From Octopus sinensis (lineage: Eukaryota), in NCBI RefSeq assembly GCF_006345805.1, contig NC_043000.1:110732001-110796000 (forward strand): a stretch of DNA of 64,000 nucleotides, read 5' to 3'. A program made the position numbers and the translations under genes. The notes beneath the pieces were generated by a model. That model worked only from the letters and a program-made list of their open reading frames with translations. It had not been told where the DNA came from and did not search any database. Of the stretch, positions 13,767 to 26,194 are shown in pieces. How positions within the stretch are numbered: position 1 is the first letter of the stretch; each line of letters starts with the position of its first letter.

Positions 13767-14338
13767 ACTAATGGTGAACTCTTCGGTCGACTTCGACACT
13801 TGAGCAACCACTGCTCGAACAACTGAACGACCCTCCTCATTGAATTAACATGCCAAGTGGCCGAGTGCTCCTCAGTTATGAACACTTAGTCTAACGCAAT
13901 GTGGCAAGGCCGTATTTTCTGAATGACGACGACATTTCCGTCCGATTCGCTCCTTCAATCTCTCCTACGCCTTTTCACTCACAAGGCTCCGGTTGTTGAC
14001 ATGGAGCTAAGGTAAAGACAATCAACTTAGCAAGCAATGGCATTGAACTCACCACCTCACGGTCTTCTTAACTTTTCACTCATATCTACACACATTTTTT
14101 ATTCATTCGCCCGCCCGTCCGTCTGTCTGTTTGTCTGTGTCTGTCTGGCTGTCTCTTTCTCTGTCTGTTTGTCTGTCCCTGTCTCTGTTTCTCTCTCTCT
14201 GTTTCTCTCTCTCTGTTTCTCTCTCTCTCTATCTATCTATCTATTTATCTATTTATCTAGTCATCCATATAGATAGATAGACAGATAGATAGAGGGAGAG
14301 AGATATAAATAGATAGATAGGTAGATAGATAGATAGAT

Positions 14339-14391
<53 letters not shown>

Positions 14392-14423
14392 GAGCTATAT
14401 ATATATATGATTGATTGATTGAT

Positions 14424-14546
<123 letters not shown>

Positions 14547-14947
14547 GTTGATGCGTTTACTTCCCAGTAACTTAGAGGTTCGGCAATACAGACCAATTGA
14601 ATAAATACCAGGCTTAAATCCATTCCATCAACAAAAAACAAAAAAAAACTCTTCAATGTGGTACCCCAGCATGGCCACAATCTAATGACTGAAACAAGTA
14701 TATATATATATATAAACATACATACGACAATATGTGTGTGTGTGTGTGTGTGTGTTCGTGCGGAGAAAGAAATAAACTAAGAGGGAAAGAAGGAAAGAAG
14801 GAAGGAAAGAGAGAAAGAAAGTAATAGAGAAAGAATGAAAGGAGAAGAAAGGGAGAGGGAGATATAGAATGTATGTAGTACACGTTGGTTGATTATCTTA
14901 TTTGAAATTCTCTCTACGACAATTCCTTGCAATGCTCTCCGCTTCTG

Positions 14948-14971
14948 GATGACGTGGCAAATCCCGGAAGT
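14948..14971 (+). promoter_or_regulatory. Candidate cis-regulatory cluster: CREB3/XBP1-type site next to an ETS site
   Basis: GATGACGTGGCA (14948-14959) and CCGGAAGT (14964-14971) in a short non-repetitive island; motif match only. Confidence 0.35.
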
Positions 14972-15993
14972 AACGGGGATAACAAATATGGCAATTGCAT
15001 CGAATTAACCTGATAAGACTTCGAGGGACCAGACGTGTGTGTGTGCGTGTGTGTGCGTGTGTGTGCGTGTGTGTGTGTGTGTGTGAGTGCGTGTGTGTGT
15101 GTATGTGTGTGTGTGAGTGTGTGAATGTGTGTGTGTGAGAGTGTGTGAGTGCGTGTGTGTATGTGTGTGTGTGTGTGTGTGTGAGTGCGTGCGCGCGCGC
15201 GCGTGTGTCTGTGCGTGTGTGCGTGTGCGTGCGTGTGTGTGTGTGTGTACGAGTATTAGTGTCTATATGTAGATTATGACGATATTATAGTGTTATGTAT
15301 GCGGAAAAGTTTTGGAAGAAGATGAGAGAGACAGGAAGTTGTGTTGAGGAAAGAGAGAGAGATAGAGAGAGAGGGTGGGAGGAAGAGAGAGAGAGAGAAG
15401 GTGGGGGTGTTGTTGTGGTTGAAGAAAACTTTTAATTGACGAGAAAACTAGACGACGGAAGTTGCAAGTACACCATAAAATATATTTTAGACCTACATAA
15501 TACGTTGGAGGTGAAGACAGGAATTGAAGTCTCAAGGAAATACATTTCGCTTCGAAGACACGCTTCTTGTAAGAAATAGTTCTTCACATAGTCCTCTGCA
15601 AAAAAAAAAAAGCAAAAAAAAAAAACCATCACCATCATAGATTAAAAAATGAGTTATGGAAAACCGCGTAATGACTGCCAACAGACTAAAATTATGTATT
15701 ATATGGACGAAACAATATTTAGGAATTAGTTAACGTAATAAAACGCAGCGAAAAACTTGGGAATTATTATTTTTGTTTAAAACAGTCAGAGAGGAAATAT
15801 CGATTTTCATGGCGCTTGTACGGTATGAGACGAATGGAAAGAGAGAGACGAGTTGCGAAGACTTAGTTTGACGGTGCAGAATTAAAGCCCCACCATTTAC
15901 ATACGACTCTGTCAGACGACCTGAATATCTGTTTTATGTTCCTCGTATTTCGTTTAGGAAGAATTACAATCGAAATATATATTTCATTTAAGT

Positions 15994-16081
<88 letters not shown>

Positions 16082-16160
16082 TACACATACACACAATACA
16101 AGTAATTTTTAACTTAATACCAGATGCTCATAAAACACTGAAACATATTACAATATTGAG

Positions 16161-16473
16161 TGTATGTATGTATGTATGTATGTATGTATGTATGTATGTA
16201 TGTACGTATGTGTATATGTATGTGTATATGTATGTAAGTATGTATGTATGTATGTATGTACGAACGTATGTATGCATGCATGTATGTATGTATGTATGAA
16301 TGTATGTATGTATGCATGTATGTATGTACGTATGTGTATATGTATGTCTGTACGTATATATGTATGTATGTGTGTATGTATGCATGTATGCATGTATGTA
16401 TGTATGCATGTATGTATGTATGTATGTATGTATGTATGTATGTATGTATGTATGTATGTATGTATGTATGTAT
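16161..16473. repeat. (TATG)n microsatellite
   Basis: Direct tetranucleotide repeat. Confidence 0.97.
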
Positions 16474-16628
16474 GAATGAATATAATATTACAATACGTAT
16501 TTTTATTTTCGTTTTTCCCTTTTCTACTTTCTGCATAATATCTAATTTCTTGCCTTTCTCTCCCTCTCCAGAATAACTTCTAAAAAAATGAACTCTACAA
16601 ATTCCTTCTATTGAAGCTCTCTAAACTC

Positions 16629-16676
16629 GTCTCTGACGATGGAATACCATTTATTTCCCTGAAACAGCTGTAAGAC
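16629..16676 (+). ncRNA. Type I hammerhead ribozyme motif with a weakened stem II
   Basis: GTCT-CTGACGA-TGGAATACCATTTATTTCCCT-GAAA-CAGCTG-TA-AGAC: intact core, palindromic stem III (ACAGCTGT), GUA triplet, 4-bp stem I; base of stem II mismatched. Confidence 0.65.
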
Positions 16677-17009
16677 CACATTTCTATTTATAAATGTCCT
16701 AGCAATATCACATTGCCTTGGCCTTGTTATTTTATTTAATATATTACATACATAATACATACATACAAATATATATAAATGTATGTATGTATATATATAT
16801 ACATACAATGCCGAAACAATGCATTGTCTAAAGAAGAACAGGGTAAATGTTTTTTTAAATTTTCCTTAGATTTCGGAATTACTACTATTTGTGGTTGGAG
16901 CCCTGGCTGCTATTTCTAGTGGGTCGAACGGCCTATTGTAGCCGTTCCTCAATTGTTGTTGAATATATATATATATATATATGTACAGACACACACATAT
17001 GTATGTATG

Positions 17010-18109
17010 TAACTTAGACTTAGATAACTTAGAAAGGTTTTGGCCAGTATTGGCCCAGGCCATGTCTAACTTAATAGCACCACCTGGCGAAGTCTTTCAA
17101 TTCAGGATTTGGGCACCAAGGCCCATTCGAGCAGAGAGTTATTGTTTGCGGAGACATATCCGGGTGTGGGTGGTTTGTCCGGGACTGTTTGAAGGAATTT
17201 GTCCAAAGACTTCTTGAATTTTGTGTGGTCAGTTTCTTTTTTGACGTGTCCTGGTGTAATGTTGAAGAGAGCGGGTCCAATTGAGGTGAAATAGTTGTGT
17301 CGTATTGTCGTTATGTGATGCGATTTAGATTTTTTTTGTGGATGGATGGCACGTGGTCCAAGCCTTGGATGTATTTTTAAGGTGATGCCAACATCATTCG
17401 GACAGTGCTGATGGAATATTTTCCACATCATACAGATAATGTAGCGTTCACGGCGTCTTTGGAGTGAATACAGTTTCAGCTTCTCTAGTCTACCCCAGTA
17501 GTCAAGGTCTGACATGCCATCTATCTTTTTTGTGATTGACCTTTGGGGAGCTTCAATTCTCATAATATTTTGTTTTGTGTAGGGAGACCACAGTGGACAG
17601 CAGTATTCAAGGTGGGGTCGGGCAAAAGTGGAGAAGAGAAGGATAATAGTGTGGGAATCTCTCGACTGGAAGGTTCTGAGAATCCAGGAACACATTCTGC
17701 GGGCCATGTCAACTTTGCTGCTTATATGTGTAGCCCAGCTTATGTTGTTGTCCACTGTTACTCCCAAGTCACTGATGTTGTTGGACGCCAGGAGAATTTC
17801 TCCAGAAGGAAGGGAGTATGGGAGTTTCAGGGCGTCCTCCCTTCCAAAGTTGATCAGTTCGAATTTGTCTTCGTTTAGCAACATGTTATTCTTTTCCGCC
17901 CATTGGACAACAGCCAGTAGGTCTGACTGAAGGCTTATTCGGTCATCCACGCCATTGATGACCTTCTGGAGCTTGGAATCATCAGCGAAGGTTCTGATGT
18001 TACTGTGTTTGATGGTGTCAGTAATATCATTTATGTAGACGATGAAGAGAAGTGGGCCCAACACAGTGCCTTGTGGGACACCACTGCTGACTTTGGCTGG
18101 GCTGGATTT
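17010..18109 (-). mobile_element. 5'-truncated CR1/L2-group LINE; C-terminal half of reverse transcriptase in an open frame (17102-18064)
   Basis: SGVPQGTVLGPLLFIVYINDI, FADD catalytic motif, DLGV, RPHLEYCCPLWSP, LYSLQRRRERY; short CTAAGT tandem tail. Confidence 0.93.
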
Positions 18110-18118
18110 GACTATATA

Positions 18119-18526
18119 TACTCTTTTACTCTTTTATTTGTTTCAGTCATTTGACTGTGGCCATGCTGGAGCACCGCCTTTAATCGAGCAACTCGACCCC
18201 GGGACTTATTCTTTTGTAAACCCAGTACTTATTCTATCGGTCTCTTTTGCCGAACCGCTAAGTTACGGGGACATAAACACACCAGCATCGGCTGTCAAGC
18301 AATGCTACGGGGACAAACACAGACACACAAACACACACATGCATACATATATATACATATATACGACGGGCTTCTTTCAGTTTCCGTCTACCGAATCCAC
18401 TCACAAGGCTTTGGTCGGCCCGAGGCTATAGTAGAAAACACTTGCCCAAGGTGCCACACAGTGGGACTGAACCCGGAACCATATGGTTGGTAAACAAGCT
18501 ACTTACCACACAGCCACGCCTGCGCC
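18119..18526 (-). mobile_element. SINE family B, near full length
   Basis: High similarity to 19008-19438 and 63067-63542; (CTCTTTTA)n tail on the plus strand and an internal (CA)/(TA) microsatellite. Confidence 0.92.
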
Positions 18527-18854
18527 TATATATATATATCAAATAATAAACAAAGAAAATATATTGAATGTACATATTTAATATTATTTCCTATTCAATA
18601 CAAAGTGTTTAGTCACAGGCGACCATCTTGTCTTGCTTTAAAACAACACCGATATTGAAACAATCCAAAACTCACCAAGTGACTCATAAACCTCGCCATG
18701 TAGTTTGAACCATACGTGTTCTTTCACAATCAGGCTGTTTATATGTTAGCGAAGATCTTCCATAAATCATCAGATTGTTTAGATTTGGTAAGACATGGCT
18801 ACAACTATAGAATTTGAATACAGACCATATGTGGTTAAATTATATTTATATGTG

Positions 18855-19241
18855 CAGGGCCGGATTAAGACCCATCGAGGTCATATGCACTTAAAAGATT
18901 TTGGTACAGCCGTATATATGTAATTGAAAATATAAACAATGATAAACCATACAGTAAGATGTAAAATAATGTCTATTTTTGCATTTTATTTATACCTGAA
19001 AAGTTTTCTCTTACTCTCTTTACTCTTTTACTCTTTTACTTGTTTCAGTCATTTAACTGCGGCCATGCTGGAGCACCGCCTTTAATCGAGCAACTCGACC
19101 CCGGGACTTATTCTTTTGTAAGCCCAGTACTTATTCTATCGGTCTCTTTTGCCGAACCGCTAAGTAACGGGGACATAATCATACCAGCATCGGTTATCAA
19201 GCAATGCTAGGGGGACAAACACAGACACACAAACACACACA

Positions 19242-19276
<35 letters not shown>

Positions 19277-19681
19277 GACGGGCTTCTTTCAGTTTCCGTC
19301 TACCAAATCCACTCACAAGGCTTTGGTCGGCCCGAGGCTATAGTAGAAGACACTTGCCCAAGGTGCCACGCAGTGGGACTGAACCCGGAACCATGTGGTT
19401 GGTAAACAAGCTACTTACCACATAGCCACTCCTGCGCCTTGCATTCTTTGCATTCTTGCATTCTTTTAGTTGCAAAGTCGTTGATCAGATCCTCAATATG
19501 AGACCATGAACACTTCAAAATTAGATTTCCGATCGTATAAACCACTTTGTATATTATTTGAGCAGGTTTTAAATGATTTCTTTAGTGCCGTAAACCATTT
19601 ACCACTTCTCTGGTGCACTCCGCCTTTCCTTTGATGCCTTAAGCACGTGTTTATTTTGCCTCATGGTCAAACCAGGACTAT
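18855..19681 (+). mobile_element. Non-autonomous hAT-like DNA element interrupted by a SINE
   Basis: Starts CAGGGCCGGATTAAGACCCATCGAGG; a second copy lies inverted at ~44740-45096; right end decayed. Confidence 0.6.
19008..19438 (-). mobile_element. SINE family B, near full length
   Basis: Same architecture as 18119-18526. Confidence 0.92.
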
Positions 19682-20041
19682 GTTTGTGTGTGTGTGTGTG
19701 TGTGTGGATAGGTGCGGACATAGCAGTGTGGTTAAGAAGCTCACTTGCGACCACGTGGTTCCGGGTTCAATCCTGCTGTAGGACACTTTAGACAAGTGTC
19801 TTATACCATAGCCCCTGCCCGACTAATGCCTATTGTGTTTTTATGCCAAGTTATAATAAAACAATTTAGAATTAAGCATGCACAGATGTGCATATACAAA
19901 CTATGTATGTATGTATGTATGTATGTGTGTATGTATGTATGTATGTATGTATGTATGCATGTATGCATATATGTTTCTATGTGTGTGTATGTATGTATGT
20001 ATGTATGTATGTATGTATGCATGTATGCATATATGTTTCTA

Positions 20042-20074
<33 letters not shown>

Positions 20075-20677
20075 ATGTATGTATGTATGTATGTATGTAT
20101 GTATGTATATATATATTAGTTAGATAAGTTTGGTTTATCGGATTGCCCTGGGTTTCAGGTCCATAAAGCGCTAAGCTTTGCGGTGTATCGTCAGATCCCA
20201 AAATCTGTTGGCTCAAGACTCCTCCTTCAGCGTCACATCCAACCCATTGACCACCCACGAACATATTGCTTCAGTAGCCACTAAATATAGCAGTGTATCG
20301 TTATTGGATTGACCAATTTTACATATTAAACGCGTTCCTGACGGCTGGTCCGTATGTATGCCCCCATTTACTGGAACATGATTTGAAGACTTTTCAGTTG
20401 CTATTTCCAGCTAATTGAACGTCCTCATCGTGGGTCATCCTCTTGTTTGTTGTTCCAGAGGGTGTCGTGACGGTCGAGTTATATCCTCTGCTGAACCTTC
20501 TGAACTCTTCTGACACACCACGAACTTTTAAAACACTTTTCAGGAATTCTTCAACCAATATTGACCATCAGATTACAGACAACCAAACTTCATCTTACCA
20601 ATTCAGATAATAACATTGACTACATCACGTTCCATCTCTTCTTCCTCTCTTTCCTCTTTTCCTTCTTGCTCACCATT

Positions 20678-20745
<68 letters not shown>

Positions 20746-20783
20746 TTCTCCCTTCAAATTCACACCTACAATATCTTCCCCCA

Positions 20784-20839
<56 letters not shown>

Positions 20840-20905
20840 TATCGTATCATATGTATATACATAATATGATGATATATATGTATACATATACATGTATATA
20901 TATAT

Positions 20906-21030
20906 ACGTAAGGGGTATTAGCCATCTGAATGCGGCTAGCCACTGGATGGGGGGTGTTAGTGATGCTTTTAGCCCCAGTAACCCCCCCCCTAGTGGCTAG
21001 CCACATTCAGATGGCTAATACCCCTTACGT
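20906..21030. repeat. 125-bp fold-back inverted repeat (MITE-like)
   Basis: 39-bp arms at 20906-20944 and 20992-21030 with one mismatch, extended inward by G-run/C-run pairing. Confidence 0.9.
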
Positions 21031-21077
21031 TGTCGAGCGGTTACTGTTTATATCTCGTTCAGAGATTTATTATTGTT

Positions 21078-21117
<40 letters not shown>

Positions 21118-23617
21118 TTACATACACACACATGTATATATGTATATATACACAAATACGCATACACACACTTACACATACACACACACATAGATATTGC
21201 CCCTTCCTTTCTGTACATATTCTCCCTCTCACTCCACCTCATGTAAACGTTTTCTTATTCAACTGATTTTTTTCTCCTTGCCCCGAATCCTCTCTTGTCT
21301 CTATTTCTCTCTCTAGCTTCCTCTCTCCCTCCCTCTCTATTTCTGTCTCTGTCTCTCTTTCTCTTTCTCTCTCCTCCTTGTTTACATTTTTTATCTGTTT
21401 CTCCTTTCTCTTTTCCCACCCACCCAACCAACCAACCGACCGACCGACCGACCGACCGACTGACCAGCCATCGAGCCAAATCCTCATCAAATCCCTTTCT
21501 ATCGTCTTAAAAAAAGTAACGAAGAACACATTAGACAGTGAAGACGTCAATATGCAAACATACTGGCTAGTCACGGATGGAACGCCAACAATCATAGGTG
21601 TCTACTCGACGATAGTCCATCTGAGGCTAAAACATTCTGGCATCCTTTGCGCAACCACTTACTCTTTAAATCTCAGTTTTGTAGATTTCTATTGTCACAA
21701 ATATGATTACACTATATAAGTTCTCGCTTCGTGAAAAGGTCTAAATAAAGCGAGAATTGTTCTCCATGGCAAACCGCAGTGAAAACGACCTTTTTAACAG
21801 TCAAATACGTCCCAAACATATTTGAACGGATTGAAAAGTTTGATCATTTCACAACACTTTTTTGCGTCAACCATATATTTTAAAATATGTTAAAATTTTT
21901 GTTGTATTTCAGGTTGCTTTGACTACCACGTCATGCCACGTGGGAAGATAATATCTCAAGAAGATATCCTTACTTTTGACCACAGGTTTTGTTGTTCTGA
22001 CCCATATCAAGCCTGATTAAATTGACCGATTGTTAAAATGGCCAAAGACGTCCAATCGTTATTATATCGACTTTTTTCAGGTGCACCCAATATCAGATTT
22101 TCCACTGACTATATTTTATAAGACGCCTGGATGTGATTTAAAGGGGATTTGGTTGCTACTTTTAGCAGACTGAGTGACCACATGAAGACATTCTTCGTTT
22201 GTTCTAGACCTGGTCACCTTTATTTTGTGAGACTCCTGGATGTGATTTAAAGGTGTTTTGGTCACTACTTTTAACAGACCGAGCGACCACGTGAATACAT
22301 CCCTCGCAGACTCATAAAATTGTAACCTCGTGACCTACATTTGTCTCAATGCGTTGTTTTTTTTTCTTTGTCTTTTTGTCTTTTGTATTTAAAAAAAATA
22401 CTGAAAAGGATTTTTAAATCCTGAATTGTATTGTGTTAAGCCTCGATGTAACATGCCGTAAATCTGTCAATACTCTGACAGGCTAAGAGTCTGTGACGGA
22501 GGATTGTGTGGCTTGTTCCTTCTCAGAGAGGAAGACTGAATCAAAGTCAATGAAAGAACCATTTGTGGAGATCTGGAAAAGAGAAAGTAACAAGAGAATA
22601 AAATGCATGATTCTTGGAATGAAATTGAAAGACTTGTAAATCTAGGATATAATAGCTGAGATTACGTCGTGTAGTAAAACAGGATAAACGCCGACAGAAG
22701 ATGAACATTGTAAATGAGAATGCTTAGATAGTGCTTAAGTGTGTGAGAGATGTTAGCTCAGTGGTTTGAGCATTGGGATTACGGGTATAAAGGAGTGAGT
22801 TCGGTTCCTGAACCAGGCGCTGTATTGTGTCTTTCGGCAAGGTACTATTTCACATTGCTCAAGTCTAGTCAACGGAAACTGAAGAGTAGAGCCGAGTGTT
22901 GATGCAACCTTGTATCTCTCCAGACGTTGCATTCTCGATGTTACGTTGTGTGAATGTGGCGGGACCAAGAGGCCGCCTGTGTTTGCTCACAGTTACATAG
23001 GGGCCAGGAAGAGTTAGCGGAAGGCATGATTCAAACAAATTCATACCCGCTTGCGAGTAACAGTCATGGTAATGGTGTTTAAATAAGACAGCAAATGAAA
23101 AGATGAAGACGTTGGAGGTCGGTGATAATTGCATGTCGAAAGGGCGACTGTACGTTAAATAGTAAAACAACAAAAGCTCGAATGACAAATATCCGAAGAA
23201 ACTGGAAATGATGAACCTCAATAAATTCTTTCTTCTTCATTCGAAGAAAAGTTATGCCTGAAATATTGGTTCCAAATTTTGGTACATGGCTAAAACAAAT
23301 GGCAAATTGATTATATTGACCTCAGTGCTCAACTGATACTTATTAAGGATTCTTCCTTAATAAGTATCAGGACTTATACTTAATAAATATAGGTCGACTT
23401 CGGTAGAATTTGAACTCAAAACGCAAAGACTGGTGAAATGCTGCTAAGCATTTTGCCCGGTGCACTAACGATTCCGCCAAAGCGCCGCTTTAGTTATGCT
23501 TGAAATATTAGTACTAACTTCTCCTTACGACTCAGAAATTTATCTTAGTTAATGCTCATTATATGTAACATAAATTTCCATGTCAGAAGACGTATTAATT
23601 ACAGCCACACCTCTCTA

Positions 23618-24135
23618 CACCGTTCAGAAAATTCTTATAAATTCCAACTTTAATATGTTCTAATCAAAATGTGGTTTTTAAGTTACTCGCTCAGTAAATA
23701 CATTTAGAATGGCATCAAAGGCACTCAATGACAGTTTTAGACTTTATGAAGAAATCAGGCATTATGGCTGAGTCACGTAAAAGTTTTCAGTTTATCATCC
23801 TCAACAACACCCAACAAGTATGAAAGGATCCTGGAATCAACATCATTTGGATGACTCTGGATGAAACTTATAATTTGGAGGAATGTATTTTGCTGGTATA
23901 TCTGTGGAAAGTGAGTTGCAAATATCTGGGCAACGTTTATATTTCCTGAAAAAGTATAAACAAAGACGTTAAAAAACGTTTTCTCGCAGTGTGAGATAAC
24001 TGTCGCGGTGAATAAAAATTAGTTTTGTGATTGAATCGTGAAGTTTAAATCTTCAGTATAATAAAAGTAACTTGAAAACCACATTTTGATTAAACTATAT
24101 TAAAATTGGAATTTATAAGAATTTTCTGAACGGTG
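23618..24135. mobile_element. Tc1/mariner-type MITE
   Basis: About 70-bp TIRs CACCGTTCAGAAAATTCTTATAAATTCCAA... / ...TTGGAATTTATAAGAATTTTCTGAACGGTG flanked by TA on both sides. Confidence 0.9.
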
Positions 24136-24971
24136 TAGATTTTAAAAATTGCTTTCTTTTAGTAAAAGTCATTTACTCCAAACTAACAAACAGCTTTCTA
24201 TAATATAAGCAATCATATTCGTCATTTTATAAATAAAAATACCAACAAGAAAAACGAAGCAACCAGGGAACCCTTACGTGGTCACTCAGTTTGCTAGAAA
24301 TTGCATCCAAATCTCCAATAGAAAAATCACACTGTACCGCCTTAAAAAGGAAATGACATCTAGATATCCCTAAAGAGAAAGGACAGTCCGGTTTAGAATG
24401 CGTTGATCACAAATCTGCTTGATCATGTTTGACCTGGTGTTAAATAATAATAATATCAACCGTAATAACAATGTTGACATAAGTGAAAAATTAGAAGTTC
24501 GGGTGTGTGTGTGTGGGGCGGTGTCGATTAAATCGATTTCAGTGCTAGACTGGCATTTTATTTCTTATCGATCTCTGATTGATGAAAAGCAAATCTGACC
24601 TTGGCAGGGTTTGAAATCAGAACGTGAAGAACTAAACGATTCGGCCGACTCAACGAATACGTTCACTATGACAGCAAAAACAACTGGAACAACGAGTGAA
24701 ACGCTCCTACAAGTGGTCACTCGATCAGCTAGAAATAGTAAACAACTCTCCTTCAAATCAATCCATTGTCTTCAAAAAAAAAAAAAAAAAAAAAGAGACA
24801 GGTCATACCGGATGGATGCGGCAATGCTTTGGCTGGGAAAGTGTCGTTGTATATTAAGAGCAGACGAGAATACACAGATGGCTTCAATTCATTCAGAAAT
24901 GCAATGTGGGAAATCTAAAAAGTAAACAAGACCAAAAAGGGAAATGATCAAACGAAAAGAATCACTTTCAT

Positions 24972-25004
<33 letters not shown>

Positions 25005-25106
25005 ATAATAATAATAATAATAATAACAACAATAATAAAAACGAAGACCACTTATTATATCTATATATAGCTTTATCTACTTCGAGCTTCATTGCTCAAA
25101 CAATGA

Positions 25107-25148
<42 letters not shown>

Positions 25149-25171
25149 TATTATATTATTATTATATATTA

Positions 25172-25313
25172 CGTGATGAAAACTCGCAGCTGGAAAAGTG
25201 TCAGCTGTCCACAGCCAGCAGACTAACGTGACACTTGTCTTAGTCTGCTGGCCGTGGACAGCTGACACTTTTCCATCATACCCAGCAGAATAAGCTGTGA
25301 GTTTTCATCGCAT
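25172..25313. repeat. Head-to-head inverted repeat between (TTA)n and (TAA)n tracts
   Basis: TGGAAAAGTGTCAGCTGTCCACAGCCAGCAGACTAA pairs with TTAGTCTGCTGGCCGTGGACAGCTGACACTTTTCCA; outer arms GATGAAAACTCGCAGCT / AGCTGTGAGTTTTCATC. Confidence 0.88.
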
Positions 25314-25767
25314 GATAATAATAATAATAATAATAACAATAATAATAATAATTTGAAATTTATAGCTGTTTCCAATGGGTTTGTTACTGCCGTAAAAGTG
25401 CATCGTAAGTTTGGATTACAAACAGGATATGGTTTTATTGTAGTAATGAAATCCAATTCACAAAAGCAAATAAACGGCAAAATTATTAACAGTCAGTTGG
25501 AAGATAGCATGAAAGAATGTCGAAATGGAAGAGGAATTTTGCAGCTTTAACGAATTTATTTCGGTCTTGTAATTGTTGAAGAATACGCACCCTGTATTAG
25601 ACAATTCTGCAGTCTAAGGAAAAGCGTCTTGGTGAATCTCGACATAAATATACGAAGATTGTCTTATCAGAATCTACGAGTACATCACGTAGCGCGACAA
25701 AGAAAATATTGGTGTTTGTGTATAGGCGTGACATACATACATACATATACATACATACATACATACA

Positions 25768-25799
<32 letters not shown>

Positions 25800-25810
25800 A
25801 TGTATGTATG

Positions 25811-25872
<62 letters not shown>

Positions 25873-25923
25873 TTAAAATATAAATATATGAAAGAATGGA
25901 GTTGAACGACGAATTAACAAAAT

Positions 25924-26020
25924 TCCTTTATTTTCGACGTATGTTTCGAAGGCTGCATATTCCTAATTGCGAAGGAATGAGGAGTACATTATGCCGCTTT
26001 CTCATCAGGAAAAGCAAGGA
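25924..26020 (-). ncRNA. Type I hammerhead ribozyme (Penelope-associated type), apparently intact
   Basis: Minus strand: TCCTTGCTTTTC-CTGATGA-GAAAGCGGCAT...ATGCAGCCTTC-GAAA-CATACG-TC-GAAAATAAAGGA; stem I 5+5 bp around a 2x2 loop, G-C closed stem II, GUC triplet. Confidence 0.82.
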
Positions 26021-26126
26021 ACTTATGTCAACATCAAAATGCACAAAAAACTTTTAGATGATTGCTCACACGGAGCCCATAGGGATAATGAGTGTCTCTT
26101 TAAAATATTCCTTTATAAGGAATATT

Positions 26127-26194
<68 letters not shown>

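Noticed and set aside
13381-13826. Poly-Met, poly-Asp and poly-Ile ORFs
   Set aside because: Translations of a (GAT)n microsatellite, open in several frames, with no splice or domain support.
15432-15600. Minus-strand exon after a T-rich tract and GCAG
   Set aside because: The acceptor is plausible, but no donor or recognisable peptide follows, and the tract may be a simple poly-A run.
17102-18064. Host gene, retron or DGR reverse transcriptase
   Set aside because: Motifs are non-LTR retrotransposon type, the 5' end is truncated, and the 3' end has a short tandem tail.
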